Part shown: positions 1-9,268 of the stretch, one piece after another
Layout of the letters: every line of letters starts with the position of its first letter
How positions within the stretch are numbered: position 1 is the stretch's first letter
From: a virus
Lineage: Duplodnaviria > Caudoviricetes
IMG/VR virus record: IMGVR_UViG_3300036985_003045
Reading direction: 5' to 3' (one strand)
DNA length: 64,000 nucleotides
The notes under the pieces: generated by a model
Seen by the model: the letters and a program-made list of their open reading frames with translations, nothing else
What the model was told of the DNA's origin: nothing
The model's database searches: none
Translations under genes and position numbers: made by a program

Positions 1-363
1 AGAAGTGTCAGATGTGCCCTTAACAAATATTGGGTTTCCATCAGAGTTTACTGTGGTGTTTTTAGATACTGGAATAGGATTTCCAGTATCATTTTTAATT
101 TCACCATCAAACACTGCTGGAATAACTAATCCAGTATCAACATATATTGGATTTTCAGCAGAATTATCATTATTATCTCTTGATATTGATATTGGATTAC
201 CAAGTTCATTTTTAATTTCACCATCAAACGCTGCTGGAATAACTAATCCAGTATCTACATGTATTTTATTTGTAGAACTATTAATATTAGTGTTCTTTGA
301 TATTGATATTGGATTACCAATTTCATTCTTAATTTCTTGGTCATTTGTAAAAAGATATGTCAC
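1..363 (-). CDS. Repeat-containing hypothetical protein, 5' part (runs off window)
   Basis: Not in ORF track. GTG start overlaps the upstream TGA (GTGA). Frame is open to position 1: MTYLFTNDQEIKNEIGNPISISKNT..., with ~38-aa repeats EIKNxxGNPIxxS...NPIxVDTGLVIPAxFDG. Confidence 0.75.
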   Translation of the reverse strand, partial: MTYLFTNDQEIKNEIGNPISISKNTNINSSTNKIHVDTGLVIPAAFDGEIKNELGNPISISRDNNDNSAENPIYVDTGLVIPAVFDGEIKNDTGNPIPVSKNTTVNSDGNPIFVKGTSDTS

Positions 364-1277
364 ACTATTCTCCAACCATTTCTATAAATCATTTGTATTG
401 CACCGTTATCTAATTGTATTATAAATCCACCTGTATCATTATCTACAGTACCAAGAACAGTAATGGGATTAGTTGAAGCATTACCAGATTCGTCTTTAAT
501 TATAATCATTCTACCTGAACTTGGAGTAGCTGGTAATGTTATTGTAACTGGACCAACATAATTAACACCCATATAATATTCATCACCACCAACAAGATAT
601 GTTGGTGTATCTATTAAAATTGTAGTGTATACAATATCATGTGGATTTACTTCGGCAAACTCAAATTTCTTTAAAGTATCATTATATCGTAAAAATCTAC
701 CATCTGATATACTAGGTCTATAAACATCATCTAACCACCTAAGATTTACCTCACCTGAACCAGGTCCTGTAGCAGCAATTTTACCAATTGCTTGTTCCAT
801 GAACTTTAGTTTCTTACGGATGTCATCCATCTGTGGAGTAACTAAATCAGGATCAGGTTGTTGGAATGATTTACCGGTATGTATTTTTTCTAGTTCTGCC
901 GGAGAATATTGCTGTGCTGCAGGTTTTATTTCAGGTACAGGAACTTCTTCTATTATTTGAGCAACTTCTTCTATCTGTTCTGCAACTTCAATGATAACCT
1001 CATCAAATCTACCTTCTAAAGGTTCTACTTTAGTCGCAATCTCAGACAATTGAGCAAATAAAGAACCTAAATCAGATTTGACGTTCTGTTTAACGGTTTC
1101 TATCTTTTTATTGACAGGATCATTTACCTTTGCTTCACTTAATTGACCAAACAAAGAACCCAAATCAGATTTGATATTCTGTTTGACTTCCTCTAACTTT
1201 TTGCCAACAGGATCATTTTCTTTATAATCTTGTTTACCCTCGGCAACTAGTTTTAAGAAATCCTCGAATTCACTCAT
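360..1277 (-). CDS. Hypothetical, probably virion-associated protein
   Basis: 305-aa ORF with two 31-aa N-terminal repeats (DPVxKKxExVKQNxKSDLGSLFxQLSE). C-terminus (ITLPATPSSGRMIIIKDESGNASTNPITV) resembles tail-fibre/baseplate attachment modules. Confidence 0.6.
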   Translation of the reverse strand: MSEFEDFLKLVAEGKQDYKENDPVGKKLEEVKQNIKSDLGSLFGQLSEAKVNDPVNKKIETVKQNVKSDLGSLFAQLSEIATKVEPLEGRFDEVIIEVAEQIEEVAQIIEEVPVPEIKPAAQQYSPAELEKIHTGKSFQQPDPDLVTPQMDDIRKKLKFMEQAIGKIAATGPGSGEVNLRWLDDVYRPSISDGRFLRYNDTLKKFEFAEVNPHDIVYTTILIDTPTYLVGGDEYYMGVNYVGPVTITLPATPSSGRMIIIKDESGNASTNPITVLGTVDNDTGGFIIQLDNGAIQMIYRNGWRIV

Positions 1278-1301
1278 TTTATTAATCCGTGCCTTTTAGC
1301 A

Positions 1302-1616
1302 TTAGATGTATTTGTCATTTGATTTTTTAGGAAATGGTTTATCATTCTTAATAGCATCGGCTAAATCATGCGCAAAAAGTTTAGCAAGACTAAGTTTACT
1401 AAAAACATACCGTCTTAAATCATCTACTTTATGACCTGGTTTGGGTTCACCATCATTTACAGACCAGTCATTATGCTCTGTTTTAAATATGGCTACAGCC
1501 CTAAGAATTATACCATGTTTATCTTCTTCAACATCAATTTGGTACCAATCTTTATTCACCTTTCTAATCTTTAAGGAATTTGCCGATTCGGTTAAAAAAT
1601 CAGAGAATGATTTCAT
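1302..1616 (-). CDS. Small protein with capsid-targeting-like N-terminus (putative internal protein)
   Basis: Starts MKSFSDFLTE, similar to the T4 IPII/IPIII signal MKTYQEFIAE. Confidence 0.6.
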   Translation of the reverse strand: MKSFSDFLTESANSLKIRKVNKDWYQIDVEEDKHGIILRAVAIFKTEHNDWSVNDGEPKPGHKVDDLRRYVFSKLSLAKLFAHDLADAIKNDKPFPKKSNDKYI

Positions 1617-1617
1617 A

Positions 1618-2748
1618 TTAATCTTCTGGGTTAAATGCTGCGGCGTAACTTACTAATTCTTGTTTACACCTTGCAAGAGAATTAAATTTTTGTGGATGTT
1701 CTTCATTTGGATCAACTAAAATCCATTCTTTATTAGATATCTTTTTAATTGACCAATCAGTATCTTTCTTAGTTTTACTGTTATATACATTCCACTCATT
1801 GGCTCTATACTTTGATTTTTTAAGAACAGGAGTTGATTCTGTATTTTCTTCTAAAAAATCAGAGAATGATTTCATAGTACTTTCTCCAAATATATCCATT
1901 ACTTTTTTAATTGCTGCTTCTTTATCTCTACCCTTCTGAGTACCTACTTCACCGGACTTAACACTAATCATGGAAGTAAATACACCTTTCATTCTATTAG
2001 AACTTCTGGGGTTTTTTAATTTAACTTTTGCTTGTTTAATTAAATCTTCAAAGGAAGAGTCAAGATCATATTGATATAGAATCTTTTTTAGATCTTCAAA
2101 ACTACGTGATTTCCAAACAACTTCTCTTTTTAGTTGTTTGTATGAACCTGGTTCATAGGTAACTTTTCTCAACTGTATCTCTACACTTGATAGGTTAAAT
2201 TCATATTCTTCATTTTCAGGAAGTTTAGAAGGAACTTTAATACCAACCTTTTTAAACAAAGTAGGTACTGGAGTTTCAATAGTAGCAACCTTAGTTAAAC
2301 CTAATATTAAACCTTGCTTCTCGGCAGGTAGATCAAGAAAGTTTAATTTAAATCCTGCTTCAGTACGGTCAAGTGCTATGATATTATCTATTTGGACACT
2401 GTAGCCAAGTTCTTCATCATGGTATCGAATAGTAACAATTTCACCTGTATTAAGGAACTTCTTGCCTTTATATCTTTCAGACTTAAATGGAACTATGACT
2501 GAATCGGGAAGTTTAGCAAGATGCGCGGCTAATTCTTTTTTAACTGTAGCTTTATCTTTATTAGATTCAATATGAGTTATAAGATCTATATCACCGAAGT
2601 CTTGTTTACTTAGATTAGAGTTATAAGAACCAGAAGGTTTTATTGAAACAAATCCTGGGAACTTCTTTAATAAACTTTCATAAGAAACAAGAAACTTCTT
2701 GAAGTGTTCTCTACTTTGGATTCTATCCGCTCCGGTGCTTCCGCTCAT
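1618..2748 (-). CDS. Pol-beta-superfamily nucleotidyltransferase fused in frame to an 85-aa internal-protein-like module
   Basis: GS-x10-GDID motif plus a third Asp in VQID. Internal MKSFSDFLEE begins at 1875. Confidence 0.7.
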   Translation of the reverse strand: MSGSTGADRIQSREHFKKFLVSYESLLKKFPGFVSIKPSGSYNSNLSKQDFGDIDLITHIESNKDKATVKKELAAHLAKLPDSVIVPFKSERYKGKKFLNTGEIVTIRYHDEELGYSVQIDNIIALDRTEAGFKLNFLDLPAEKQGLILGLTKVATIETPVPTLFKKVGIKVPSKLPENEEYEFNLSSVEIQLRKVTYEPGSYKQLKREVVWKSRSFEDLKKILYQYDLDSSFEDLIKQAKVKLKNPRSSNRMKGVFTSMISVKSGEVGTQKGRDKEAAIKKVMDIFGESTMKSFSDFLEENTESTPVLKKSKYRANEWNVYNSKTKKDTDWSIKKISNKEWILVDPNEEHPQKFNSLARCKQELVSYAAAFNPED

Positions 2749-2749
2749 C

Positions 2750-3715
2750 TTACAATCCTTTTAATGCTGAGTTATCAGGCAAGAACTTTCCAGTCAAACC
2801 TAATTTTGCTTTACGTTTCTTCCATTCTGCATGAAGGTCATCTGGAATATCGGCTCTAGTACTATCAAGTATCTTCAAGTAAATATCAACCATACTAGAA
2901 TAATCTTTTGGTTTGAGTTTGGTCTTCAATAATTTATGTAACTTGTAATAATCTTCAGCATCTGCTCTTGTAATCTTAATACCTAACTTCTTACCCAATA
3001 CTGATAAAGCATCTTCTGGATTATGAGCAATAATAACTCCAGTATCTTTATCCTTGACACCAGTTACATGGTTAAATGAATAATTTGCTACTTGGAATGC
3101 AGACAACATCAACTGAGTTCTATGTAATCCTTTTACATTAGAATTAGCAGGATATGCAGCTGAATGATAAGAAAAAGTCAACCATTGTAGATCACCAATC
3201 ATCCAATCTATTTGAACTCCAATACCAACTTCATATCCTTTATCATTAATTTGTGGAAACAATCCAAAGATGTTACCATTTGTAACTTTCTTTTCGTCAC
3301 AATATAATGATGGAGCATGTGAATTGATATATAATGTTAGTTCTTTAAGAAATGCTTTCATTAATAACATTTCAGGCGAAGCAGACTTTGCTCTCTTTTC
3401 TAACTTTGCAAATTCAATATGAACTGCCTTAGGATCAATATTCCAATCAGACATAGACTTATCTGACATAGTATGATCAAGCAAACTCTTTGAATCAATA
3501 CCCAAGTCTATATCCCCTGACATAGGCTTTTTACCTACTGAACCTAGCGGTTTGAAATGATTTAGATTAAATATTGCGGCTTTCTTTGGAAAGATATGTT
3601 TAAGTTCTTTGAAATATGCTTCAAGTGTAGGAGCAATATGTTCTAGTTTAATAGAGGCAGTTTTATCTTTAAATACATTGCCGCCTTCTGTTAAAAATTC
3701 TGTGAATGATTTCAT
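2750..3715 (-). CDS. Pol-beta-superfamily nucleotidyltransferase with capsid-targeting-like N-terminus
   Basis: MKSFTEFLTEGGNVF start; LGSVGKKPMSGDIDL and VQID motifs. Confidence 0.7.
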   Translation of the reverse strand: MKSFTEFLTEGGNVFKDKTASIKLEHIAPTLEAYFKELKHIFPKKAAIFNLNHFKPLGSVGKKPMSGDIDLGIDSKSLLDHTMSDKSMSDWNIDPKAVHIEFAKLEKRAKSASPEMLLMKAFLKELTLYINSHAPSLYCDEKKVTNGNIFGLFPQINDKGYEVGIGVQIDWMIGDLQWLTFSYHSAAYPANSNVKGLHRTQLMLSAFQVANYSFNHVTGVKDKDTGVIIAHNPEDALSVLGKKLGIKITRADAEDYYKLHKLLKTKLKPKDYSSMVDIYLKILDSTRADIPDDLHAEWKKRKAKLGLTGKFLPDNSALKGL

Positions 3716-3724
3716 CTATTGTCC

Positions 3725-4771
3725 TTAAGATTTTTTAATACGAGTTTTAATCATCTTCATACCAATTCTATTTCCTACTGGGTTTGGAGCACTAGAAGGT
3801 GAATGAAACTTAAATGTAGCATCTGAAAAAGTACGAACAGCATAAGTAAGATTACTAGATTTATAATCAAGATTAATTTGATTAACAGTTAAGGTTCTTG
3901 CAGCTAATGTTAAAACTTCTATTGCTCCATTTGCAGGATTATTTAACCATTTCATAACTTCACTAGTTATAGGAAAATGTATCATACCCCATTTTTTATA
4001 TCTTGCACTCGCGGTACCACCAAAAACAGATTTCATTTTAGCTTCACTACCTATAGCAAATGAAGCAGCTTTAAATAATTCTTTACATTGAATAACACAA
4101 GAATCATAACTACCCATAGCATTTACCGCATTAATAAGTACATCTTGATCTGGTATATTAATACCTCTATAGCCAGTTTTTAAATCTGTTCTTTTTATTA
4201 ATTTAATTAATTGGTTATAACCAGGCAAATCTAAATATTTTGCTACTTCTAAAACTCCACCATAAACAGTACCCTTATTAATTAATTTTAATACAGTCAA
4301 TGCTTTCTTATTTATAGTACTAAGAGATTCGGGATTTATATTATTTAATGCTCCTTCAACTGCTGTAATAGCTGGAGCTCCACCTTCACCTGATTTTGCA
4401 GAAAACTTTTCATCAATGCCATCTCTAACAAGATAGTAATCTACAAGTCGCATATTTTCATCTTTAGGAAATTTAGCATGTGTATAGTTTTGTCCTGAAT
4501 TTAACATATACAATGCACCACATACTTCTCCAAAATCAGATGTTATTATTCCAATATCTTGAGTAGTTAATCCATCAAATTTACCTGGAAAACTATTAGA
4601 ACCTATAATAGATTGTTTAACTATATAATTACAAGCCTCTTTAGCAGCAGGTGTAATATTTAAAGTCTTTATATACTTAGTAACAATAGTTTCTATTTCA
4701 ACAGATGTAAAAGGATTCATAGTATTTAATGAAAACTTTGATGGTGTTAAGGATTTTTTTATAAGTGCCAT
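3725..4771 (-). CDS. Putative PD-(D/E)xK-like endonuclease
   Basis: DFGEV...FPKDENMRLVDY...FSAKS pattern resembles restriction-endonuclease-like folds. Confidence 0.45.
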   Translation of the reverse strand: MALIKKSLTPSKFSLNTMNPFTSVEIETIVTKYIKTLNITPAAKEACNYIVKQSIIGSNSFPGKFDGLTTQDIGIITSDFGEVCGALYMLNSGQNYTHAKFPKDENMRLVDYYLVRDGIDEKFSAKSGEGGAPAITAVEGALNNINPESLSTINKKALTVLKLINKGTVYGGVLEVAKYLDLPGYNQLIKLIKRTDLKTGYRGINIPDQDVLINAVNAMGSYDSCVIQCKELFKAASFAIGSEAKMKSVFGGTASARYKKWGMIHFPITSEVMKWLNNPANGAIEVLTLAARTLTVNQINLDYKSSNLTYAVRTFSDATFKFHSPSSAPNPVGNRIGMKMIKTRIKKS

Positions 4772-4802
4772 AGATATAATAATAATAATAATGAATTTTA
4801 TC

Positions 4803-4810
4803 TATTTATT
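4803..4810 (-). promoter_or_regulatory. Possible late promoter variant (AATAAATA)
   Basis: One mismatch to the T4 late consensus TATAAATA, just upstream of 3725..4771. Confidence 0.35.
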
Positions 4811-5846
4811 AAAAGAAATCCTCGAGTGTAGATTCTTTTTGTTTAATACCTTTATTCCAATAATCAAACCTATGATTTACTGGTGCAAGATGTACAGACT
4901 TTGGTTTTTCCATACATGTTTGCATGAAATCAATTGGACTATATGTATAGAATTGTTCAGGCCATTTAAAAACTGACCAGTTATTTCTGTTGCACATTTC
5001 TATTAATGCATCGGTAAAATATTGTCTTATGCTATCTCTTTCTTGTCTAGAACCAAAGAATGGAGTACCTTTATACCAACCTGTTTTAGGCAATTTACGT
5101 GTCTCATCTTCTATAGGTAAAGGTAACACAACTTCAATATTCTTAATGTTTAATACCTTTATTTGATTCTCATATTCAGATACTAAATCATCTACATATT
5201 GGGTTGGGTTTTCTTCTCGACAGATATGATGTCTAATATCAATATTGCCATAATAACATGTAAGATGAGTAAGGTTTTCTTTTAATCCTGGCATGAAATC
5301 ATCTATTTCTTTCGTAATAGTTTTTCTTAATACACCTGCTAGAGTTCTACCATCTTTACGAAATGTCATATATCCAGGTTGATATGCAGAAAATGAATGA
5401 CTATCACCTAATACTAATTTAGTTGTAACCACAGGATGCAACATTTCAGGTATAGAGTTACAAACATTTGATAATGCATCCCAATCTATGGCAGACCAAT
5501 ATTCATCTGCATTCTTAAGTCGATTCTTACATAGTCTACCATAATCAGGCATAGGAATATCAAGAGATACTAATGACTTATTCTTATGTGTTAGGATTCG
5601 TTCGAAGAAGACAGCATTTTCTTTAGTTGCTCCTCCAAAGAGATTAAGAGTTTCTCCATCTTGTTCCATAGAATGATATAAAAATATAGTATCATAATCA
5701 TCCCATGACTCTCCATGGAGAACATCGATCTCAATATTCAAGGCATCTTCAAGTTGGCATTTTCTGAGCATAGCCCAACCAAATTTATGAGAATATTGAG
5801 ATGATGTTAATTTACCAGGTAATAAATCTAAAGCATATTTTTTCAT
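4809..5846 (-). CDS. Putative DNA-modifying transferase (BGT-like N-domain plus SGNH-like GDSH domain)
   Basis: DYDTIF...LNLFGG...SLDIPMPDY recalls the T4 beta-glucosyltransferase N-lobe. LVLGDSH and GNID..H motifs; C-terminal STLEDFF. Confidence 0.5.
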   Translation of the reverse strand: MKKYALDLLPGKLTSSQYSHKFGWAMLRKCQLEDALNIEIDVLHGESWDDYDTIFLYHSMEQDGETLNLFGGATKENAVFFERILTHKNKSLVSLDIPMPDYGRLCKNRLKNADEYWSAIDWDALSNVCNSIPEMLHPVVTTKLVLGDSHSFSAYQPGYMTFRKDGRTLAGVLRKTITKEIDDFMPGLKENLTHLTCYYGNIDIRHHICREENPTQYVDDLVSEYENQIKVLNIKNIEVVLPLPIEDETRKLPKTGWYKGTPFFGSRQERDSIRQYFTDALIEMCNRNNWSVFKWPEQFYTYSPIDFMQTCMEKPKSVHLAPVNHRFDYWNKGIKQKESTLEDFF

Positions 5847-7012
5847 TAAAAGAAGGAGTCCAAGGTTGCAGTATTTTGTTTATTATATACTAATTGCTCC
5901 GCTTTGTACAACTCTTTTTCAATATCAATAGTTCCTATTCTTGCTACTTTGCGGCGTTCAATAGCTTTTGTATCATTGCGAATCTTGCAAAAGATCCCAT
6001 ACTGGCACATGCCGACCTCCGAACCGTACGTCATCATCTCAGTCTGGTCTTTGCTTAGAATCTTATTATTGTTATGATCAAGTACATTATGGAAATGTTC
6101 ATGGATCTTAATATCACCGAACCCAAAGAACTTCTGATTATGCCTGAACCATACAACTAAATCTCCATTTGTTATTTCCTTTGATGATGCCTTTGGGAAT
6201 AGTAACTTAAGAGTGTATTGCGCTCCAGGACCGGGTTTAACAAAGTTCTCATCATTATCCCATGATAGTTTTGGATTCACTGAATTAGAAGTAGTACAAT
6301 GGTATCCATAATAAGATCCAATACCTTCAATCTCAGTTAATATTTTAAAAGTATTAGAAGCAGCACCTGATTGTTGCATTCTATTAAAGAATCCTTGTTC
6401 TCCTAATCCTGCTACCCAATCCATGATATTACCTGGATGTACTTTATCTGCATTAGGTCCAAATCTTTGTAACTGATACTTGTTCGCTGCACCAAATAAA
6501 GAAGTACGTAACTCAGTTGAACCATAAATTGGTAACTTAATTGATGCTGCTAACTCTAGATTCTTCCGTACCCGGGCACGCTCACCTGTGGTAAAATAGT
6601 TCTCAAAATCAACATGTGCAGTTTGTGGATCATTATTTCTAGTAGCAATCTGATGGATACCTCTAGCTCCATAAAAATGCGAGATGATTGTATTACCAAT
6701 CTTATTATGAACCGAGAGTTTATCATCAGGTAATGATACTATATTCTTCATAATGTATACCATACGATCATCACAGGTAATCATTGGATGGAAGTACTCA
6801 GTATCTGGATTTAATGCATACTCTGTATATTCATACTTTTCTGTTAATCCATATTGCCATTCAGTTCTTTTATTAACCTGTTCAACAAAATATTTAAAAT
6901 CAAGAAACTTCTCAACATCACATAAAGAAAAATACTTTACTAAAGGATAATCAACATTATTAGATACAAAGTTATTAGCTTCTATATACTCTTTACCTAC
7001 AGCATCTATCAT
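5846..7012 (-). CDS. aGPT-Pplase / 5-hmdU-DNA-kinase-helical-domain-like DNA base hypermodification enzyme
   Basis: DDR..YI..NI, GIGSYYGYH, PGPGA and EVGMCQY motifs; C-terminal ATLDSFF. Confidence 0.6.
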   Translation of the reverse strand: MIDAVGKEYIEANNFVSNNVDYPLVKYFSLCDVEKFLDFKYFVEQVNKRTEWQYGLTEKYEYTEYALNPDTEYFHPMITCDDRMVYIMKNIVSLPDDKLSVHNKIGNTIISHFYGARGIHQIATRNNDPQTAHVDFENYFTTGERARVRKNLELAASIKLPIYGSTELRTSLFGAANKYQLQRFGPNADKVHPGNIMDWVAGLGEQGFFNRMQQSGAASNTFKILTEIEGIGSYYGYHCTTSNSVNPKLSWDNDENFVKPGPGAQYTLKLLFPKASSKEITNGDLVVWFRHNQKFFGFGDIKIHEHFHNVLDHNNNKILSKDQTEMMTYGSEVGMCQYGIFCKIRNDTKAIERRKVARIGTIDIEKELYKAEQLVYNKQNTATLDSFF

Positions 7013-7404
7013 TTAGATTCCCATTCAGTATGGCGAACATTTTCCTTTTCAGTTAAATCATGTTGCATGTACACAATATTAATATGTGGAACTATTTTTT
7101 TAATCATTTCTATTTGTATTGGATCATCTTCAAAATGAATGCCTATTTTATATCCTTGCTCTTCTAATTTAATAATAGTATTTCCCTTATGAATACCGGA
7201 AGACTCTCTACTCTTATTATCAAAAGACAATTCATTAAACATTACTTTGTTATGAATACCTTTTTTGGTAAGCATGCCAAGAGTTTCTTCTGATTCTTCA
7301 AAAGATCTACCGGTTATAATAATATCGTTAAGACCGGGGTAAACACCTCCATATTTACCCATGTATATGACACCATCTATATCAAAAGTATTAATATTAT
7401 TCAT
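7009..7404 (-). CDS. HAD-superfamily phosphatase
   Basis: FDIDGV, ITGRS and FEDD motifs. Confidence 0.85.
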   Translation of the reverse strand: MNNINTFDIDGVIYMGKYGGVYPGLNDIIITGRSFEESEETLGMLTKKGIHNKVMFNELSFDNKSRESSGIHKGNTIIKLEEQGYKIGIHFEDDPIQIEMIKKIVPHINIVYMQHDLTEKENVRHTEWESK

Positions 7405-8674
7405 AATCTGTTTGACCTGCTTGGAAAGTATACGGTAAATCCTTTGCTATAGGTTTATTTTCTATTAATTGAGGTTTAGTTAACTCAGTCAATATTCGTC
7501 TTGCTAAGGCGTCACACTCAAACTTTGCATCTTCTGTTTTCAATTGCAAAGGCGGAGTTTTTTGAGTCCATGCTGAAGGACCTCTTAAGAATCCAACGAT
7601 ACCCATTTCAGAAGCAACTTTACAAAATCTAATTGCCGATATAACTACACCACCAGAGTTTGGACTATCTTGTACAGATAATCTAGCAGTTAATTCATAT
7701 CGAGCTCCGCCAAAACCATAACCAATAATATCAATATTACATACTTTATTATCAGAACCTACATAAGTACCACCTGGTTTTTGTTGAACAGTTAATGAAG
7801 GACCTGCATATAATGTCATACCTGAATATGGTTCATCACGTACAATATTCTGACCTTTCAAAACATTCTCTTTTGAGATATGTTTATTATGTAATCTTTC
7901 TTGCTTTGCCATATTCAAGAAGTCAGTATTAGCAGTTCTTCCTGTACGGATATGCTCTTGACCTTGTGTAGAACCGCAGGCCATATTTAATTGAATATGT
8001 TGAGTTACTAATATACCTGAATCTATCATAGCACCTTGAAGAACTTCAGATAATCTAGAAGCACCCCAAGCAGATCTCATATCAGAACCAACAATTGTTA
8101 GACCTTTATCGATAAACTTCTGCTCAATAATCTGAGTTTCTTTAGTGGCAATAATAGTTGGGATACAATTAACAAAATGTACACCTGCTTCTAATGCTAC
8201 ATCAAGATAAAATCTAGTAGCCTTTTCTGAACCTACTGGAAGATAGTTAATAAGTACATCTACACCAGTTTTCTTAACAATCGATACGATATCATCGTAT
8301 GATTTTGCCGCTTCTGCACCAGTCCTAAATGAAACATTCTCTGGATAATCAAGCATATGCTCAGCAACACCATCAAGTTCAGGACCTGAAAATACTGTTG
8401 CATCTTTTGGAACACATGTATTATCTATTTCAGATACATGATCCATTGCGCAATTTGGTAAAGCTCTTAAAGCTTCAATTAAGGATTTATTTACTTTACG
8501 ACGATCGACATCAAATCCTACTACGAATTCCATATCTTCTGATGTATATCCTCCAATATCTGGATACATGAGTCCAACTTTATCGTGTGGATTTTGAATA
8601 TAGTATTGAACTCCTTCAACTAACGACTTAGCGCAATTACCTACGCCGATGATACCAACTTTAATTTTTGACAT
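7397..8674 (-). CDS. ino1: myo-inositol-1-phosphate synthase (actinobacterial/archaeal type)
   Basis: GIIGVGNCA Rossmann motif; NYLPVGSE, NTDFLNM, DSPNSGGVV and KTPP motifs. Confidence 0.92.
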   Translation of the reverse strand: MSKIKVGIIGVGNCAKSLVEGVQYYIQNPHDKVGLMYPDIGGYTSEDMEFVVGFDVDRRKVNKSLIEALRALPNCAMDHVSEIDNTCVPKDATVFSGPELDGVAEHMLDYPENVSFRTGAEAAKSYDDIVSIVKKTGVDVLINYLPVGSEKATRFYLDVALEAGVHFVNCIPTIIATKETQIIEQKFIDKGLTIVGSDMRSAWGASRLSEVLQGAMIDSGILVTQHIQLNMACGSTQGQEHIRTGRTANTDFLNMAKQERLHNKHISKENVLKGQNIVRDEPYSGMTLYAGPSLTVQQKPGGTYVGSDNKVCNIDIIGYGFGGARYELTARLSVQDSPNSGGVVISAIRFCKVASEMGIVGFLRGPSAWTQKTPPLQLKTEDAKFECDALARRILTELTKPQLIENKPIAKDLPYTFQAGQTDYE

Positions 8675-8749
8675 TTTTATTTTCCTTACATTTCAGTTTT
8701 AAGACAATTGGTCCCACTTTGGGGAGTAGGTCTATCTAGTTATAACAAT

Positions 8750-9208
8750 TTAATGCATTAATAAATTATATTGTACTCCGGCTTCTTTGAACATATTTTC
8801 AGTGTCAACCCAAGAATCCTGCCAGTTATCTGGAACTTTCTTATCTCCAGTCCACATAACTACTCTTTTTACTCCAACTTGAATAATACCCTTTGCGCAT
8901 TCAGAACAAACTGGTAATCCATACACATATAATGTAGATCCATTTAGTGATACTCCATTAAATGTGGCATTATATATTAGATTCATTTCTGAATGTACAA
9001 CTAATTTATACTTGGTTGGTTTATGCTCATATCTTTCTACTGCATCTAGGATTCCACGTGGGAATCCATTATATCCAGTAGAAATAATATTCTTTTTGAT
9101 AGGATCTACTGCTATAGAACCTACTTTAGTTGATGGATCTTTACTCCAATTAGAAACGTTTTTAGCCATTTCTAAGAACCGTATATCCCATTTAGTAATA
9201 TCAGACAT
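8750..9208 (-). CDS. cd: dCMP deaminase
   Basis: HSEMN and PVCSECAK zinc motifs; SKDPSTKVG. Confidence 0.92.
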   Translation of the reverse strand: MSDITKWDIRFLEMAKNVSNWSKDPSTKVGSIAVDPIKKNIISTGYNGFPRGILDAVERYEHKPTKYKLVVHSEMNLIYNATFNGVSLNGSTLYVYGLPVCSECAKGIIQVGVKRVVMWTGDKKVPDNWQDSWVDTENMFKEAGVQYNLLMH

Positions 9209-9237
9209 CTTTTATATAAGTTAGTTATAATAGATCT

Positions 9238-9266
9238 ATTATATCATAGTTTCTAGAAATGTAAAC
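9238..9266 (-). promoter_or_regulatory. Early (sigma70-type) promoter GTTTAC-N17-TATAAT
   Basis: Matches the T4 early consensus. Placed to drive dCMP deaminase, ino1, HAD and the two transferases. Confidence 0.8.
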
Positions 9267-9268
9267 AT

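Noticed and set aside
60-330. Regularly spaced repeats resembling a CRISPR array
   Set aside because: The 114-nt period is in frame and degenerate at codon third positions, so it is a protein repeat. No unique spacers or cas genes.
8675-8749. Possible structured leader upstream of ino1
   Set aside because: Only a weak CCC/GGG hairpin is present; insufficient evidence.
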